A DNA stretch of 64,000 bases from Marsupella aquatica (GCA_973895155.1 OZ316892.1:27986307-28050306), one strand, 5' to 3'. Positions 13,752 through 26,200 are shown, counted from the stretch's first letter. A program made the numbers and translations. Notes: generated from the letters alone by a model not told the origin.

Positions 13752-14245
13752 AGGGAGGCGAGGCGAGGCGAGGCGGAGGAAGGATGCGAAGAGGGGGGGC
13801 GGGGCCCGGGAGGAAGGGAGATGGACGAGGAGTGGAGGATTTGACGACGAAGAAGCAGTCCCACGGCTACCGACCGACGGAGGAGCACTTGATCGGCCAT
13901 TGCGAATGTTAGAGGAGGCGGAGACAGATCTTTCGTGTTTCAGAGTCTGCGGTGGACTTTGAATCTGGATGCGGCAGGTAGGACTAGAGTTTTAGGAAGG
14001 GAGGCGAGGCGAGGCGAGGCGGAGGAAGGAAGCGAAGAGGGGGTGCGGGGCCCGGGGGGAAGGGAGATGAAGGAGGAGTGGAGGATTTGACGACGAAGAA
14101 GCAGTCCCACGGCTATCGACCGGCGGAGGAGCACTTGATCGGCCATTGCGAATGTTAGAGGAGGCGGAGACAGATCTTTCGTGTTTCAGAGTCTGCGGTG
14201 GACTTTGAATCTGGATGCGGCAGGTAGGACTAGAATTTTAGGAAG
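13752..14245. repeat. ~243-bp GC-rich direct tandem duplication
   Basis: agggaggcgaggcgaggcgaggcggagg...ggactaga occurs twice (~13752 and ~13998). The paralogous region at ~21982 has only one copy. Confidence 0.85.
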
Positions 14246-14559
14246 GCGGACATGCTGATGAAGAGCCTGGATCGATTTTTTTTTGCACTTGCGGAGGACG
14301 AGGAGCAGTGGTGCAGGTTTAAGACGGGAGCAATGAGGTGCTTATCGATTGTCGAGAGCCTTCACCACGGCTGAGGGAAGAGAAGTTGAGCGGCCACTGC
14401 GAACCTTGAACAAAGGGTAGAGCGCCGTCTGTGTGGACTTTTTTGCAATCTGGATGGAGAATGAAGGAGGAGGAGGAGTAGGATTTTAGGGAGGGGGAGG
14501 AGGCGGACAAAGGACGAGTAGCAGCTTGGATCATTTTTACGAGGATACAGGGATTTAGG

Positions 14560-15395
14560 ATGGCAGGTCTACCTCCTGATTTTATTGCCCTAGAGAACGC
14601 ACTAACAACCTGTTCAAGAGAACTGGTGAGATTTAGAAACTTACCTCTGGGAGGCAACCAGGCGCTTCTAGATGCCATTGAACGTCTGGACAGGAGAGTA
14701 ACCAGGAACATGGATGGAATGACAAGGAACATGGAAATGTTGGATAGGAACATGGGAGCGTTGGATAGGAACATGGGAGCGTTGGAGAGGAACATGGGAG
14801 CAATGGAAACGAGATTGGGTGACAGAATCATTGAGCTTGGAGCACGGATTGAAACCGGTTTGCTACTGGATGTTGCAAGGTAATTTTCTAACTTGTCTTC
14901 ATCCAAGTTTTCTGTGTACTTTCATTCCAATGAGTTAAGCTTGGTGGGATAACCAGATAACTGTGAGGCTGAAGAATTTAGGAGAATAATGTGAACCTTT
15001 TATATTCTTTAATGCAAGAAAGTATTATTTTGCAGAGACCATAATGTACAGGCCAAGTCTCAAAACAACCTGGTGGTTGAGACCAATGATAACTTGACTC
15101 CGTTCCATGGAGTGAACGTTCAAAATATGAATGGGATAAATCAACCCATTGTTGGGTTTCCCTTGACCGGCCTGGAATTGAATGCACTGACAGGTAACTG
15201 TGTTGATTAGATATAAAGTTTGTGATTGTTACTTCTAATATTTGTATCTTCAATATTCATGCTGTAACATGCGTTTTGTGAACAGATGAGAACATCAGGC
15301 GGATTCTCAGTGAACTGACAATACCTAATCAAGGTGGAGCAGTGGACATTCGGAGAACTCTAAGATTGGCTATTAGAATCAAAACAACTTTTTGA
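14560..15395 (+). CDS. 3-exon 195-aa heptad-repeat coiled-coil protein resembling the fungal DUF1773/Mug135_C-like family
   Basis: Exons 14560-14879, 15036-15193 and 15286-15395 have GT-AG introns in phase (588 nt, no internal stops). Protein MAGLPPDFIALENALTTCSRELVRFRNLPLGGNQALLDAI..(RNMxxL/Mx)x5..RDHNVQAKSQN..NQPIVGFPLTGLELNALTDENIRRILSELTIPNQGGAVDIRRTLRLAIRIKTTF*. The gene model is read from the sequence; the family call is recognition by eye. Confidence 0.75.
14704..14808 (+). repeat. 21-bp coding tandem repeat x5 (heptads)
   Basis: Consensus aggaacatgggagcgttggat, giving RNMDGMT/RNMEMLD/RNMGALD/RNMGALE/RNMGAME. Confidence 0.9.
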
Positions 15396-17453
15396 GGTAA
15401 GACCAGCCAAGAAGAACTGATATCACGGAATTTGAATCAATTACAGCATGTAAGATTAGTATTCAGAGGAGTTTTCAATCTTCTGAATTTCACAGTTGCT
15501 TCATAATGAGCTCTGAAGATGACCGAGTGAAATGTTGTATGGTCAGTGTCCAGGAATGTTGACCCGCTCAGTCTGACAGTTTAGAAGGTGAGTATAAACC
15601 TAAGAAAGATTCTTTGTCGGTCATGACATATGTATGGCCGAATTTCTGCAATGTCTGTACCATCTGCGGATTATATTATATATGCAGGGCAGAGCCCTCT
15701 TATCGAAGCAATAAATCTCATTGATCCTGAAGGTCTGACAAAATGAGATTTGTGAATTGTTTTGTATATCCCCGGACGGTGTCTTCTGACATGCTGATAT
15801 TGGCATTTCCTAATTTATGAGAGCACTCTGTCTTTGGAATGGCACTCGGCTGATTACCCTCGTCCTGTATCGATCCCTGACAGTTCTTCGTCGGTGGAGG
15901 TGATTGCAGTATCAGAAATATAATAAATTGGACAATCCTGCGGTTCTTTTTTTAGCTTTTATTTTCTACGAAGAGTGCTCATCAGCCGATCGGAATTGTG
16001 TGTACTGAGAGTCACCAGAAGTGTAGATTTAGTTTTGTAGTTTGCCGACTTGCCTGCATATTTCCAGTTCTATCGAGAAGCTACATTATGTCATGTTGTT
16101 TGTAGAATGGCAAAGGATCCCATGTCGTCATGTGTCGTACTTCTTTGGAATATTTCGACTCATGTACACCTCAACACTGTCACATTTAAGTGGCGCTATA
16201 TTTGTCTGGGTTTTGCTACTGTCATGAAGTGTGGAATTCATTGTTGCGTCTTGAGGTGCCACACAAGCTACAGTACGTTTCTTTTTTGCTTTGCAGATTG
16301 TGTGAATATTCGCTCCCTTTTAGACTGATTATGCTTGTCCTTTCTTTTCAGTTGCTTTAGCGTTGCAGGAAGACCTCCAGTCGAAGCGCTGGAATGTGAT
16401 CCGATGAGGTGTTATTATGCAAAAAGTTGACATGAAAGTCACTTTTGACCTTTTAGTTCATGACCATACTCTATTTGATCTACGTTGCATGGATTCTCTA
16501 TTTCAAAACAATTGTTCATCTACGAGGCAAGCTCCAGTTTTCTGGTAAGGCTCAAAGCTAGCATCGCAATGTTGTTCCACTTTCTCGTTGCTACTTTGCT
16601 ACACTATCTCCGTACTTCCCTGTTCGGCCTTCAGCTTTGTCACTTGCTCTAATCCCATTTCTGGCCGGGTTGGTCTCTCTTGTCCTTGCAAATTGTTCAG
16701 GACAGATCGATCTCCTTCAAAAAAATCGTTTTACTGCAAGTAGCTCAAAACGAGGCACGATGGTAACCCAAACTTTGGACAGCATGTGAAGAGTAAATCA
16801 CTGAATCATGCTTTTGCCCTGGGAACCGAGTTGGCTCTGATGTGACAGCTCGTGTTGGCTACATATAGGGACTAAGGTAAGTATAGACTAGACTATTTGG
16901 GCTATAAGGTTGTCTTTACAAGAAGTTGGGGTCACTAGTGACTTCTTTTACCAGAGCAGACTGGAGTGACGCTTGTTGTTGTGACTTCAGACTGGAGGTG
17001 ACACTTTTTGTTGTGACTTCTTTTACCAAAGCAGACTGGAGTGACACATTTTGTTCTAAAGATATATGCAAGACCAATCATCTTTTGAATCACAAGCCAA
17101 TGTTCGGAAATGTTTGGATCATCTCGTGATTTCCTAAAATTCGAGACAGAATAGTCCACTGCTTGCGATGTAGGATTGATAAGACACTTCAACCGGCCCT
17201 GAGTTTCTGTAAAGCTAACTGCACCCCTTTCCCTTCATTATGCACTTCAGATTTAACCCGATGGATCAGAAGAATTGTGGCCCCCGTGAGGATGCAGCTT
17301 CTCGAACAAGTCATCATAGAAAGCCTTTAGATGATCACCGACTTCTCTCAGTCCAACACAAATCTCAGTACTGTACTATAACAGAGACGTGGCACCTTTG
17401 TCAAACAGTTGTCATTCAGCTGTCATTCTATTGTAAGATGGAAGTTCTCTAAC

Positions 17454-18016
17454 CTGGAATTGCGTTAGGATCAGGGGTGCCTTTGAATTCCACCCATCTC
17501 TTCTCGGCAGCTACAAAAACAGGGTATCATTTCTACGTTAGGGACGAACTCATGAAATAGTACAAGTATCCCAGAAACGACCAAGGCTTTTATAACTCTT
17601 TCAAACCTCCAATTAATGACTTCAACATGAAAATGTTGATCCCAATAGAAGAACGGAATATTGGACTTGGCAGGTTCGCTGAACTATCACATAATTGCTA
17701 CTATACCTGGCTGAATTTCACTGAACAGATCTTCCACCCTGGGCTCAGGGCTAGTTTCTCGGTAATCTTCACCACCTAATCTATAAACACTGAAAGTGAC
17801 GTTTACACTTGGATCCTCACTGACATTTTGAGACAAAGCATGAACACATTGCCCATATTTCTTCGACACAGCGGGAGCCACGAGGGTTGATTGAAAGCAT
17901 AAACCCATACTACCCACTTTTTCAGGCTTGCGAAAATAGGTGTTTCCGTTCTTATCTTTGCCCACCGTTATCCGTCCTCCGAAAAGCCGCAAGAAACCCA
18001 CAAACTTGGAGAACAT
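17454..18016 (-). pseudogene. NDUFAF2: Truncated NDUFAF2 copy (exons 1-2 only)
   Basis: Near-identical to 8817-9380. Homology stops inside intron 2 at the duplication junction, and the exon 1 donor region is altered (agtatggg vs agtggtggg). Confidence 0.85.
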
Positions 18017-21000
18017 GCTTGAAGTCGAATTGAACACAGTTAATAGCTGCGACTGCAAATGATGAAATCTGTGAAGAGCAAATACTCGATCGATCGCCAG
18101 AATCGTCAAACCCTGTAAGTCAAACCCTGTAATTGAGCTTTGCAGCCTAGAAAAGTGATCGAACGAAATATCTCGTTCTCGATATCCTAAACATGGTCAT
18201 TGAGGATGTCATTCATTCATTTATGCATAGTGACATAACACAAAACCCATTAAGTATAGTTAGGGTTTAGGTGTTGGTCGACGCTACAAATATCCTGTCT
18301 TCCTGTTTAAGGGCACAATGGCAGAACGCTGACGACTGGGTAAATGAGTTCAATTGACTACCACGTAACACCTTTTCTGGCAGACCACCGTCCGAACAGT
18401 CGACAGTCTTACTCGCAGACACTAGATCCCTACGTAAAGCAGTGTAATTGACCAATTCCTTGTTTTGTTATCAAGAACTTGCCTCCGAAATTACTGTCAT
18501 ATGTAATCGAAGGCTGGAAATAAGCGTGAGATAATCCTCGATATTAGATGACCACGAAGCACGCCAACGTTTGCTCTCTAGGAAGGTGGAATCTACAGTA
18601 GTAGCCCAGTTTTCAAAGTCAATTCTCCAGTTCCAACAAACTGGAACAAAATAGACAAGGAATTGCATTGCAGTGACACTCCAGTGCAGTGAGGTGCGCT
18701 CTCAAATATTCATGTTGTGAAGCAGACCTCAACAACAGCTGATCTTTGGATGCCGCTGATCGAAACTGACATATTCTCAAATTCTTGGCTTCATCAACGA
18801 GTTTCTCTTCTTCTGATGACAACCAAAACCAAAAGTCTCAAATGGTCTCAAATGGTCCCCTTGGGTTGGTGTCTCTTTTTTGAGGCCCCCCCTTTTTGCT
18901 GACTAGATGAATGGAATTCTTTGGTTATTTCGAGGCAAAAAAAAACTCTCAAATGTGGCTGCTTCAATGGGTGGAATGCTTTCAGGAGCCCACTCCTGCT
19001 CCAAAGTTGGTGGACGAATAATAGCTCACACTCGTAAGGCCCTTAGTGACTTTTCTTTTTGTGTGTTATTTGTGATTTTTCTCTTTGTAATTTTGGTGCT
19101 TTTATGGGAAGAAATTCACCAAAGTGAAGCCCGGATATACCTACCACGTTGGACAGCTCCAGTAGACCACATTGTGAGGGGAGTTTTGGGCTTATAATTT
19201 GATGACTATGAGTTTTTAAATAATTTTTCACTGGCAAAGGCAACTAGAGAAGGAGGAGACACAAAAAAACAAGTCATATCATAATATTTCATATTAATGC
19301 AATGAAAATTAATCTAACAACATTTACCCCTCCACATTCCATGATGGATTCAACCAATATGGCCAAAAACTAAATTCACTTTTGGAAAGTTTTGAGAATG
19401 TGCTAGAGGTGTAGCGTACCTACTCCTCTAGCACATTCTCAAAACTAACAAATATTTGAATTTATGAATATCAAATTATTGCAATTAAACTCAAATTTTG
19501 GGAAATGTGATCTATGGGGGTTTCAAAGACCAACATTGTGGTCCATGGGAGCATCATTTACAAAATTCAGGGTCCGAATTTGGATCCAGGAGTTATGAAA
19601 TGTAAAAAATCTCAATAGTGTTAAGTCAATGAATGTCCTCCTACCAGAGCGTTAAACAATTATTATTATCAGTAATATCAGATCCTGACCATTCTGGGTG
19701 GCCGTTTGGTTACCATAAATAATTTCATTTGGATGGGAAGAAATCATGGACATTTGCCTAAAAGAATGTTTGTTCATCATTTTATGACCAAAACTATCTT
19801 GTTTGAAATGCAAAAATTATCTCCCCATGCTCCGTCTGCCTTCACCTCAGCCTCGATGGCCCCCCTATGGTCCCACTATCTGTACCTTGCCGTTGCTGAT
19901 TCTGCAACGCAAGGGCATACTTATAGCCTTCGCAGATAATTATTGCCCTTGAAAACTTGAACTACAGCTTTCATTTTCAGGCTGGTATGGCCCACGGTGC
20001 ACTTTAAACAGTACTTTACTATGTACATAAAGACTTTGTGCATTTTGAGCATTTAGTTTCTACACTTCACACCTTGCTATGAGGAGTACATGTTGCCATG
20101 ACCCATCAATCTAGGCATATGTAACTCAAAATACAATAGTTTTACCATGTAAAACAAAGTAAAATCTGTTAATCTTTGCATGGCCTAGATCTTGGCATAT
20201 TAATTTTATTTTTCTTTTTCTTCTTTCTTTACACATTACTAGCCCCGACTACCCATTCTTTGAACATGAATAGCAGAGAGGACAATAAAAGTGTCACCAA
20301 AGTATATGTCCTATTCACAGTTTTTGAATGTCAATGAAATGATAAACAATAATCATACATGTCATCATTTTAATAATCATACATAACATATCATTCTTCT
20401 CTCTATATACATTCTATGCACATATGTTATGGTGGGGCCATATAGTACTTTTTTTTAATGGAAATAGAAATCATAACAGAAAGCATGCATGATAATTATC
20501 ATCTGACGTACATCAAAGTCATAAGTTTCTTCATTCGCATGGTAAGCCATGGAGTTACGGTCTAGAGGCTTCACTCTAGAAGCCTAGCCCCCAACTCTAG
20601 CTTGTAGTTGGTGCTTTATAAGTAAAATTGTATGACTTTAATTTCAATGATCTTTCCAAACTCATTCAAGTTTTTACCCAAGTTCTCTTTTGGTTATGGA
20701 CATTGTGGGCCTTAATGTTCCCTCAAACTTAGGTTACAGGCCGCAGTCATTTTGCGGGCATCCTATCCCTCCTTGCCCTTTTACTAGGAGGTCACCCTAT
20801 TCAGGAAGCACAATTAAGGGGAGCTGAGGAGAGCTGAAGGACTCGAATTAGGTCATACAAAATAGACTTTCTATCTAATAATGGCCAAGAGTACAGTACC
20901 CCTTGTGATTTTCATTGTACTTTTATAGTGCAAAATAGTACATGCTGGAAGTACCTGTTGGACTAGGGCACTCTGCAATTTGCTTTCTACTTTGAAAATG

Positions 21001-23293
21001 ATGCTAGGATGGACCTCTAGATTTGCCAAGGTGCCTGCCCCCATGGAAATTTGCAACTCTACTTTTAAATATAATCTACACACTATAATATGTAATCTCC
21101 TTTGTTATCATGGTCTCATTATTAAATGTTGAAGCCTCCCTAACATTTGATTATGGTGACATTTTGTTCCTGCCCAACCTGTCACTCTCTCCCTATAATT
21201 CACAAACTCCTTGAAATCCAGTTGTCAAGCTAACCATGTAGAATAGGATCCATAGCACTTTTGCTCAATGTCACTAACCATTAAAGATTGATACATAACA
21301 ATTTTGCCTACCATTAGTTACCATCCACAACATTGTGCATTTTGGGCTCTAAGCACATACCATAACATAAGCCATGTCCCAATATTAGAAATTCACTTAA
21401 TTCATTAAGGACCCCATTAGAAAATTCTTCTTGGTAAAAGTCTTGAATTAGCTCACTTGAGTAGTGACTTATAGTTCTTGGGTTCAAAATTGTGACTTCT
21501 GTGGGGTTTCTCAGATTTCCCCTATAATTTTAAATTTTAAAAAAGTTAATAATGATTTAAGCTAACTCACCTTAATTTAATTACCAGAAACCCTGTTTTT
21601 TAGGTGGGTGGGGGATGAGGGCGGTGGTGGGAGGGGCGGGGTCGCGCCGCCGTCATCGACTCCCAGAGCGGACGGCGCACCAGGGACGGTCGATCCTCCC
21701 GTCCCCTCGCTCTCGTCTGTACTGTACAGTCGTGACAGTGTAAGGCACGCAGTAACCGTGCAGTCCGGCGCGCGGTTTAGGTCTCGATGTCCTGGCGAAG
21801 GCGGGATGGAGGTCATTCATTCTCTTCGGCGAAAACGGGAGTTGAGTGCAGCCGCAGCATGCAGTCGAGACGACTGCGCCATAACTGCGCAGTCGAGATC
21901 GATGGCACGCAATGGAGTCGGGGCCCGACTTCCACGTTTAGGCCTGTTCCTCGAAAGAGATCGTCATTTTAGGTAGTAGGAAGGGAGGCGAGGCGAGGCG
22001 AGGCGGAGGAAGGAAGCGAAGAGGGGGGGCGGGGCCCGGGGGCAGGGGAGATGGAGGAGGAGTGGAGGATTTGACGACGAAGAAGCAGTCCCACGGCTAC
22101 CGACTGACGGAGGAGCGCTTGATCGGCCATTGCGAATGTTGGAGGAGGCGGAGACAGATCTTCGTGTTTCAGAGTCTGCGGTGGACTTTGTAATCTGGAT
22201 GCGGCAGGTAGGACTAGAATTTTAGGGAGGCGGTCATGCTGATGAAGAGCCTGGATCGATTTTTTTTTGCCGTTGCGGAGGACGAGGAGTAGTGGTGCAG
22301 GTTTAAGACGGGGGCAATGAGGTGCTGACGGATTTGTCGAGAGCCTGCCGAGAAAGGAAGCGAAGGGGGGTGGGGGAGAGAAAGAGCCTTCACCACGGCG
22401 GAGGGAAGTTGAGCGGCCACTGCGATCCTTGAACAAAGGGTAGACGGGAACATATCTCTCCGCATAGCGCCGTCTGTGTGGACTTTTTTGCAATCTGGAT
22501 GGAGAATGAAGGAGGAGGAGGAGGACTAGGATTTTAGGGAGGGGGAGGACGCAGGACGAGTAGCAGCCTGGATAATTTTTACTTAAGCGGCGACTGCGAA
22601 TCGTGAAGGAGGCGGAGACAGATCCTTCGTCCTGGGTTGACTTTGTTTGTAGTCTGGGTGGAGAATTAGGCGTTCACGATTGTAGGGAGGAGGAGGTGGA
22701 TAAAGGGCGAGTAGCAGCCGCCTGGATTGTCCTTCGCCTTTGCGGAGGAGGTATGATGCAGGCTTAATTAGGATAAGACCATTAAGGTCCTGAAGGAATA
22801 TCGAGAGCTCCTCAAGGTCCTTTAGGGGAAGAGGTGAGGGGAAGAACAGAGCAAGAGGACGAGGAGAGGAAAAGAGAAAGGTAGGGTGTGGGAGGGAGGA
22901 GTAGGGAAGAAGAGGACAGGTTGCGGAAGACGAAGAAGTGTTGTGGAGCGGAGGATTACAATGCAGGAAAGGACGTGATTGGTTGCTGGCTACTCCGTCC
23001 GCCGATTTTCCGTTTCTTGGCGTTTTTTTTACCATCTTCTGGTTTCAGTTTTGGGAGTGTAGGGCTTTGAGAGAGGAAAGATGGTAATCGGCAAAGGATG
23101 GGCGGACGAGAACCGGAGATTTAGGTATGAATGGAAGGCATTGGAGGTGATGATGGTGCAGGGAAGGGGAAATAGTGCCCGGATGGCCTAAGAAAAGAAT
23201 GTTGAGGGAAGTGCAGGGGACTTGAGAGTGTCAGGGGGAGGGCCGAACAGAGGGAGAGAGCGAGAGAGAGAAACCGGAGAGAGGAAGATAGAG

Positions 23294-26200
23294 ATGGCAA
23301 CCTTCGATGGAGCGGTGGCCGAGGTTCGTACAGGGGCGCCGGGGCCGTGGGCGCAGAGGAGGATCGCATTTCACACCACCAGCACTTACGCTTCAGCCCC
23401 GGCGATGCAGCCCCTGAACGAGCCCATCGCAAACGGAGGCGCGGGTGGAAGAGCAGACGGTTCCACTGGAGGTGTTGGGCACCATCACAAACCGGGGCAG
23501 CAGCAGCAGTATCATCAGAACCAGCATGCAAACGGCGGCATCAAGCCTGGACATTCCGAGCCGCCCAGCTTGCCCTCCACCATGCCGCTCCAGTGGACCT
23601 CCCCTCAAAAAATTGTATGCCCTACGTGCTCTCCCTCTGTTCCACTCTAGTTCGGAAGACTCCATGTTGAGATTATACATTCAACTTTTAAATATGCAAT
23701 GATCCTCTCAGGGACTTGACTGTAGCAAAGCTTCGCAGCCTATAATGATAAATGAGTGAAGTAACGAACGAAAAAACTGAATGCATGATTGGATGATTGC
23801 GAAGGCCAAGTCTCTCATCTCCTTCGAAAATGATATGTATCTGTGGGTACGTAGGACGAATTCCTCTTCGGCATTCTTTCTCTCTCTCTTCCAATTCAAA
23901 TCTCTTCATTCTTATTTCGTTTATACAAATATTTTATTTTGTGTGGAAGCACTAAGACTAAACACCAGCCGAAGTTCGTAGCCTGTGATTTTGGAGGGTT
24001 TCAATTTTTTGAATGGTCATTGGGGCCAAGTATCTCTGTGTCTGTGACGATGATGTCTATCGACAAGGTTGGAAGGGACGAATTCTTGCCCAGTATCATA
24101 TGCTGAATTTAGTAAGTGTGGGAGAGACGATCTAAGTCACTGTTAGTGAACACTACCTAAAGTTTGTGGTCCTTCGATATGAATGAAGGAATTAAACATT
24201 TCTCTCCCTTCACCGTTGATGATGATGCCTACTTCCAATGTGGGTTGAGCGAATTCGTGCCTTGAATTATGGTGCTGTTTGGAATGGTGGTACTGAATCG
24301 ATGGAAGCTACTGCTGCCATATGTTTGCAGGGAGCAGGGCTTTCAAACCTGGGCAACACTTGTTTCTTGAATTCTGTACTGCAGTGCCTCACTTACACTC
24401 CACCTCTGGCAGGGTATCTGCAGAGCGGGCAGCACAAGGCCTCCTGTAAGTCATGAACGGCTCTTGCTTCAACAGTTTGGTGGCTGCCTTACTGTTTCGT
24501 CCTGAATTATATGATTTTCTAAAACCTTCGCATTTTGGGTGCAGTGTCATTCTCCGAATAGCTTACGTAAAGGTCGTTCTGTGACGTGGGAGTCTGATTG
24601 TGTGGCAATGGGGAAACTGATTGGATTGTAATTTAATGGGTCTGTGCAGGTCGAGTAGCAGGTTTTTGTGCATTCTGTGCTCTTCAGGAACATGTGCAGC
24701 AAGCTCTCGCTTCATCCGGAAAGGTGGTATCACCGCAAAAAATGGCAAAGAACTTGCGCTGTATCCTCTTCAATTTATTTCCCTCGCACATCGTTTGGTT
24801 TTCAAAACTCAGTCCCTGCTTTTCGAAGGTGGTGAGATATTTTCCAGTAGTTTAGGTGTAGAGTGTCATTGGGAATCCTTGACTGGAATGAATACAGCTA
24901 TCTGCCGGACTTTCCGCATGGGTAGGCAGGAGGATTCTCACGAATATATGAGATACTTGTTGGAAGCGCTGCACAAATGCTGTCTTCCACCCGACCTGGC
25001 GAAGAATTCAAACTCGAAGTCAAGTCAGGAGAAGAGTTTGGTCTACAGAATTTTCGGTGGCCAGCTTAGATCTCAGGTACGTACTCAAAGCTTAGGTCCT
25101 TTGGGCCTGACCATTGTTTAGACAGTTTATTAAAGATCGTTGCTAGTTGCCATTTGCTTTGCTGCATTGGACCTGTTCCTTGGGCATTTTTATTTTCCGG
25201 TACTGTTCAGGAGCAGTTTGTAATCGGATTTATACGTCTTTACAGGTTAAGTGCACCGCCTGTCATCATTGCTCCAACACTTATGATCCTTTTCTAGATC
25301 TGAGTTTGGAGATTGTTCGAGCGGACTCTTTGACAAAAGCACTCGCTCGGTTCACAGCTGTTGATGTACTGGATGGAGACAACAAGTATAAGTGCCCTCG
25401 ATGCAAGAAGAAAGTTCGGGCATTGAAGAATTTTACAATTGACTTAGTTCCTAACATATTGACGATACAGTTTAAGAGATTTAGTAACACGGGAGGTCAG
25501 GGTGGTAAGATCGACAAGAAAGTTGAGTTTGGAACAATACTTGATTTGAAGCCCTTTGTCAGCAATGGACAGGTACGGCCAAGTGTAGTATACTTTTCCT
25601 TTTCCTTTTGAGCCTGTGAGCTGAAGATTTTGCTTCTGTTACCATTGCGAATCTTCATTCCTGCAGGGGAATCCAGGCGAACTAATTTCTTTTGCCTGGA
25701 TGTGCAGGAATACGTTCCTAAATATAAGTTATTTGGAGTCCTCGTGCACTCGGGGTGGTCAACTCATTCTGGGCATTATTACAGCTTCCTCCGCGCATCT
25801 TCAGATATCTGGCATGTTTTTGATGATAGTCGGGTACTCATTCATCATCATCATCATCATCATCATCTCAACTTCTGGTTAGGCTCTGAGCAGGAGAACA
25901 TACTGTGATTAGAGGAGTTCATGCCTTGGCTATTGTCCAGCTTTCGTCTTTGTGTTGCAGTACTCTTTTAAGGGAAGGATCGGCTGCTAACGACCTATTT
26001 CTGGTTCCGCAGGTAAGGCAAGTCAGTGAGAAAACCGTTCTCGACCAAAGGGCTTACATGCTGTTCTATGTGCGGGAGGGAAAGAGGATGGCCTCGTCTC
26101 AATCCGAACCCACTCCGTTAAAGCAGGCAATGCCTCGACAAGTGGCTCTCCTATCCAAGGAGAGGCAAATGATTTGCAACTCTGGAGTTTCTGCAAGGCC

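Larger units (their letters stand above)
8659..17286. repeat. Left copy of tandem segmental duplication
   Basis: 8659-12555 aligns with 17285-21720, 13512-14540 with 21730-22582, and 15402-17286 with 29028-30922. Order and orientation are the same. Confidence 0.9.

Noticed and set aside
13235-14906. Minus-strand ORFs of 221 aa and 195 aa (and paralogous ORFs at 21577-23035)
   Set aside because: They are low-complexity shadows of GC-rich repeats or antisense to the real exon, and frames are not preserved between duplicates.
14560-15395. Fungal contamination as the source of the DUF1773-like gene
   Set aside because: It is flanked on both sides by sequence paralogous to the plant UBP locus, and a decayed copy lies nearby. 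Long reads should still confirm this.
16937-17050. ~40-bp repeats (gtgacttcttttaccaaagcagactggagtgac; also 30568-30690) and other arrays as CRISPR-like
   Set aside because: Eukaryotic DNA, no unique spacers and no cas genes; these are ordinary minisatellites.
21449-21495. tRNA/SINE-like A- and B-box motifs (also ~12287 and ~58819)
   Set aside because: No cloverleaf can be formed and the matches are too short.
25840-25867. Poly-His tract in the UBP ORF
   Set aside because: It is a (CAT)n microsatellite just inside intron 6, after the donor at 25834.
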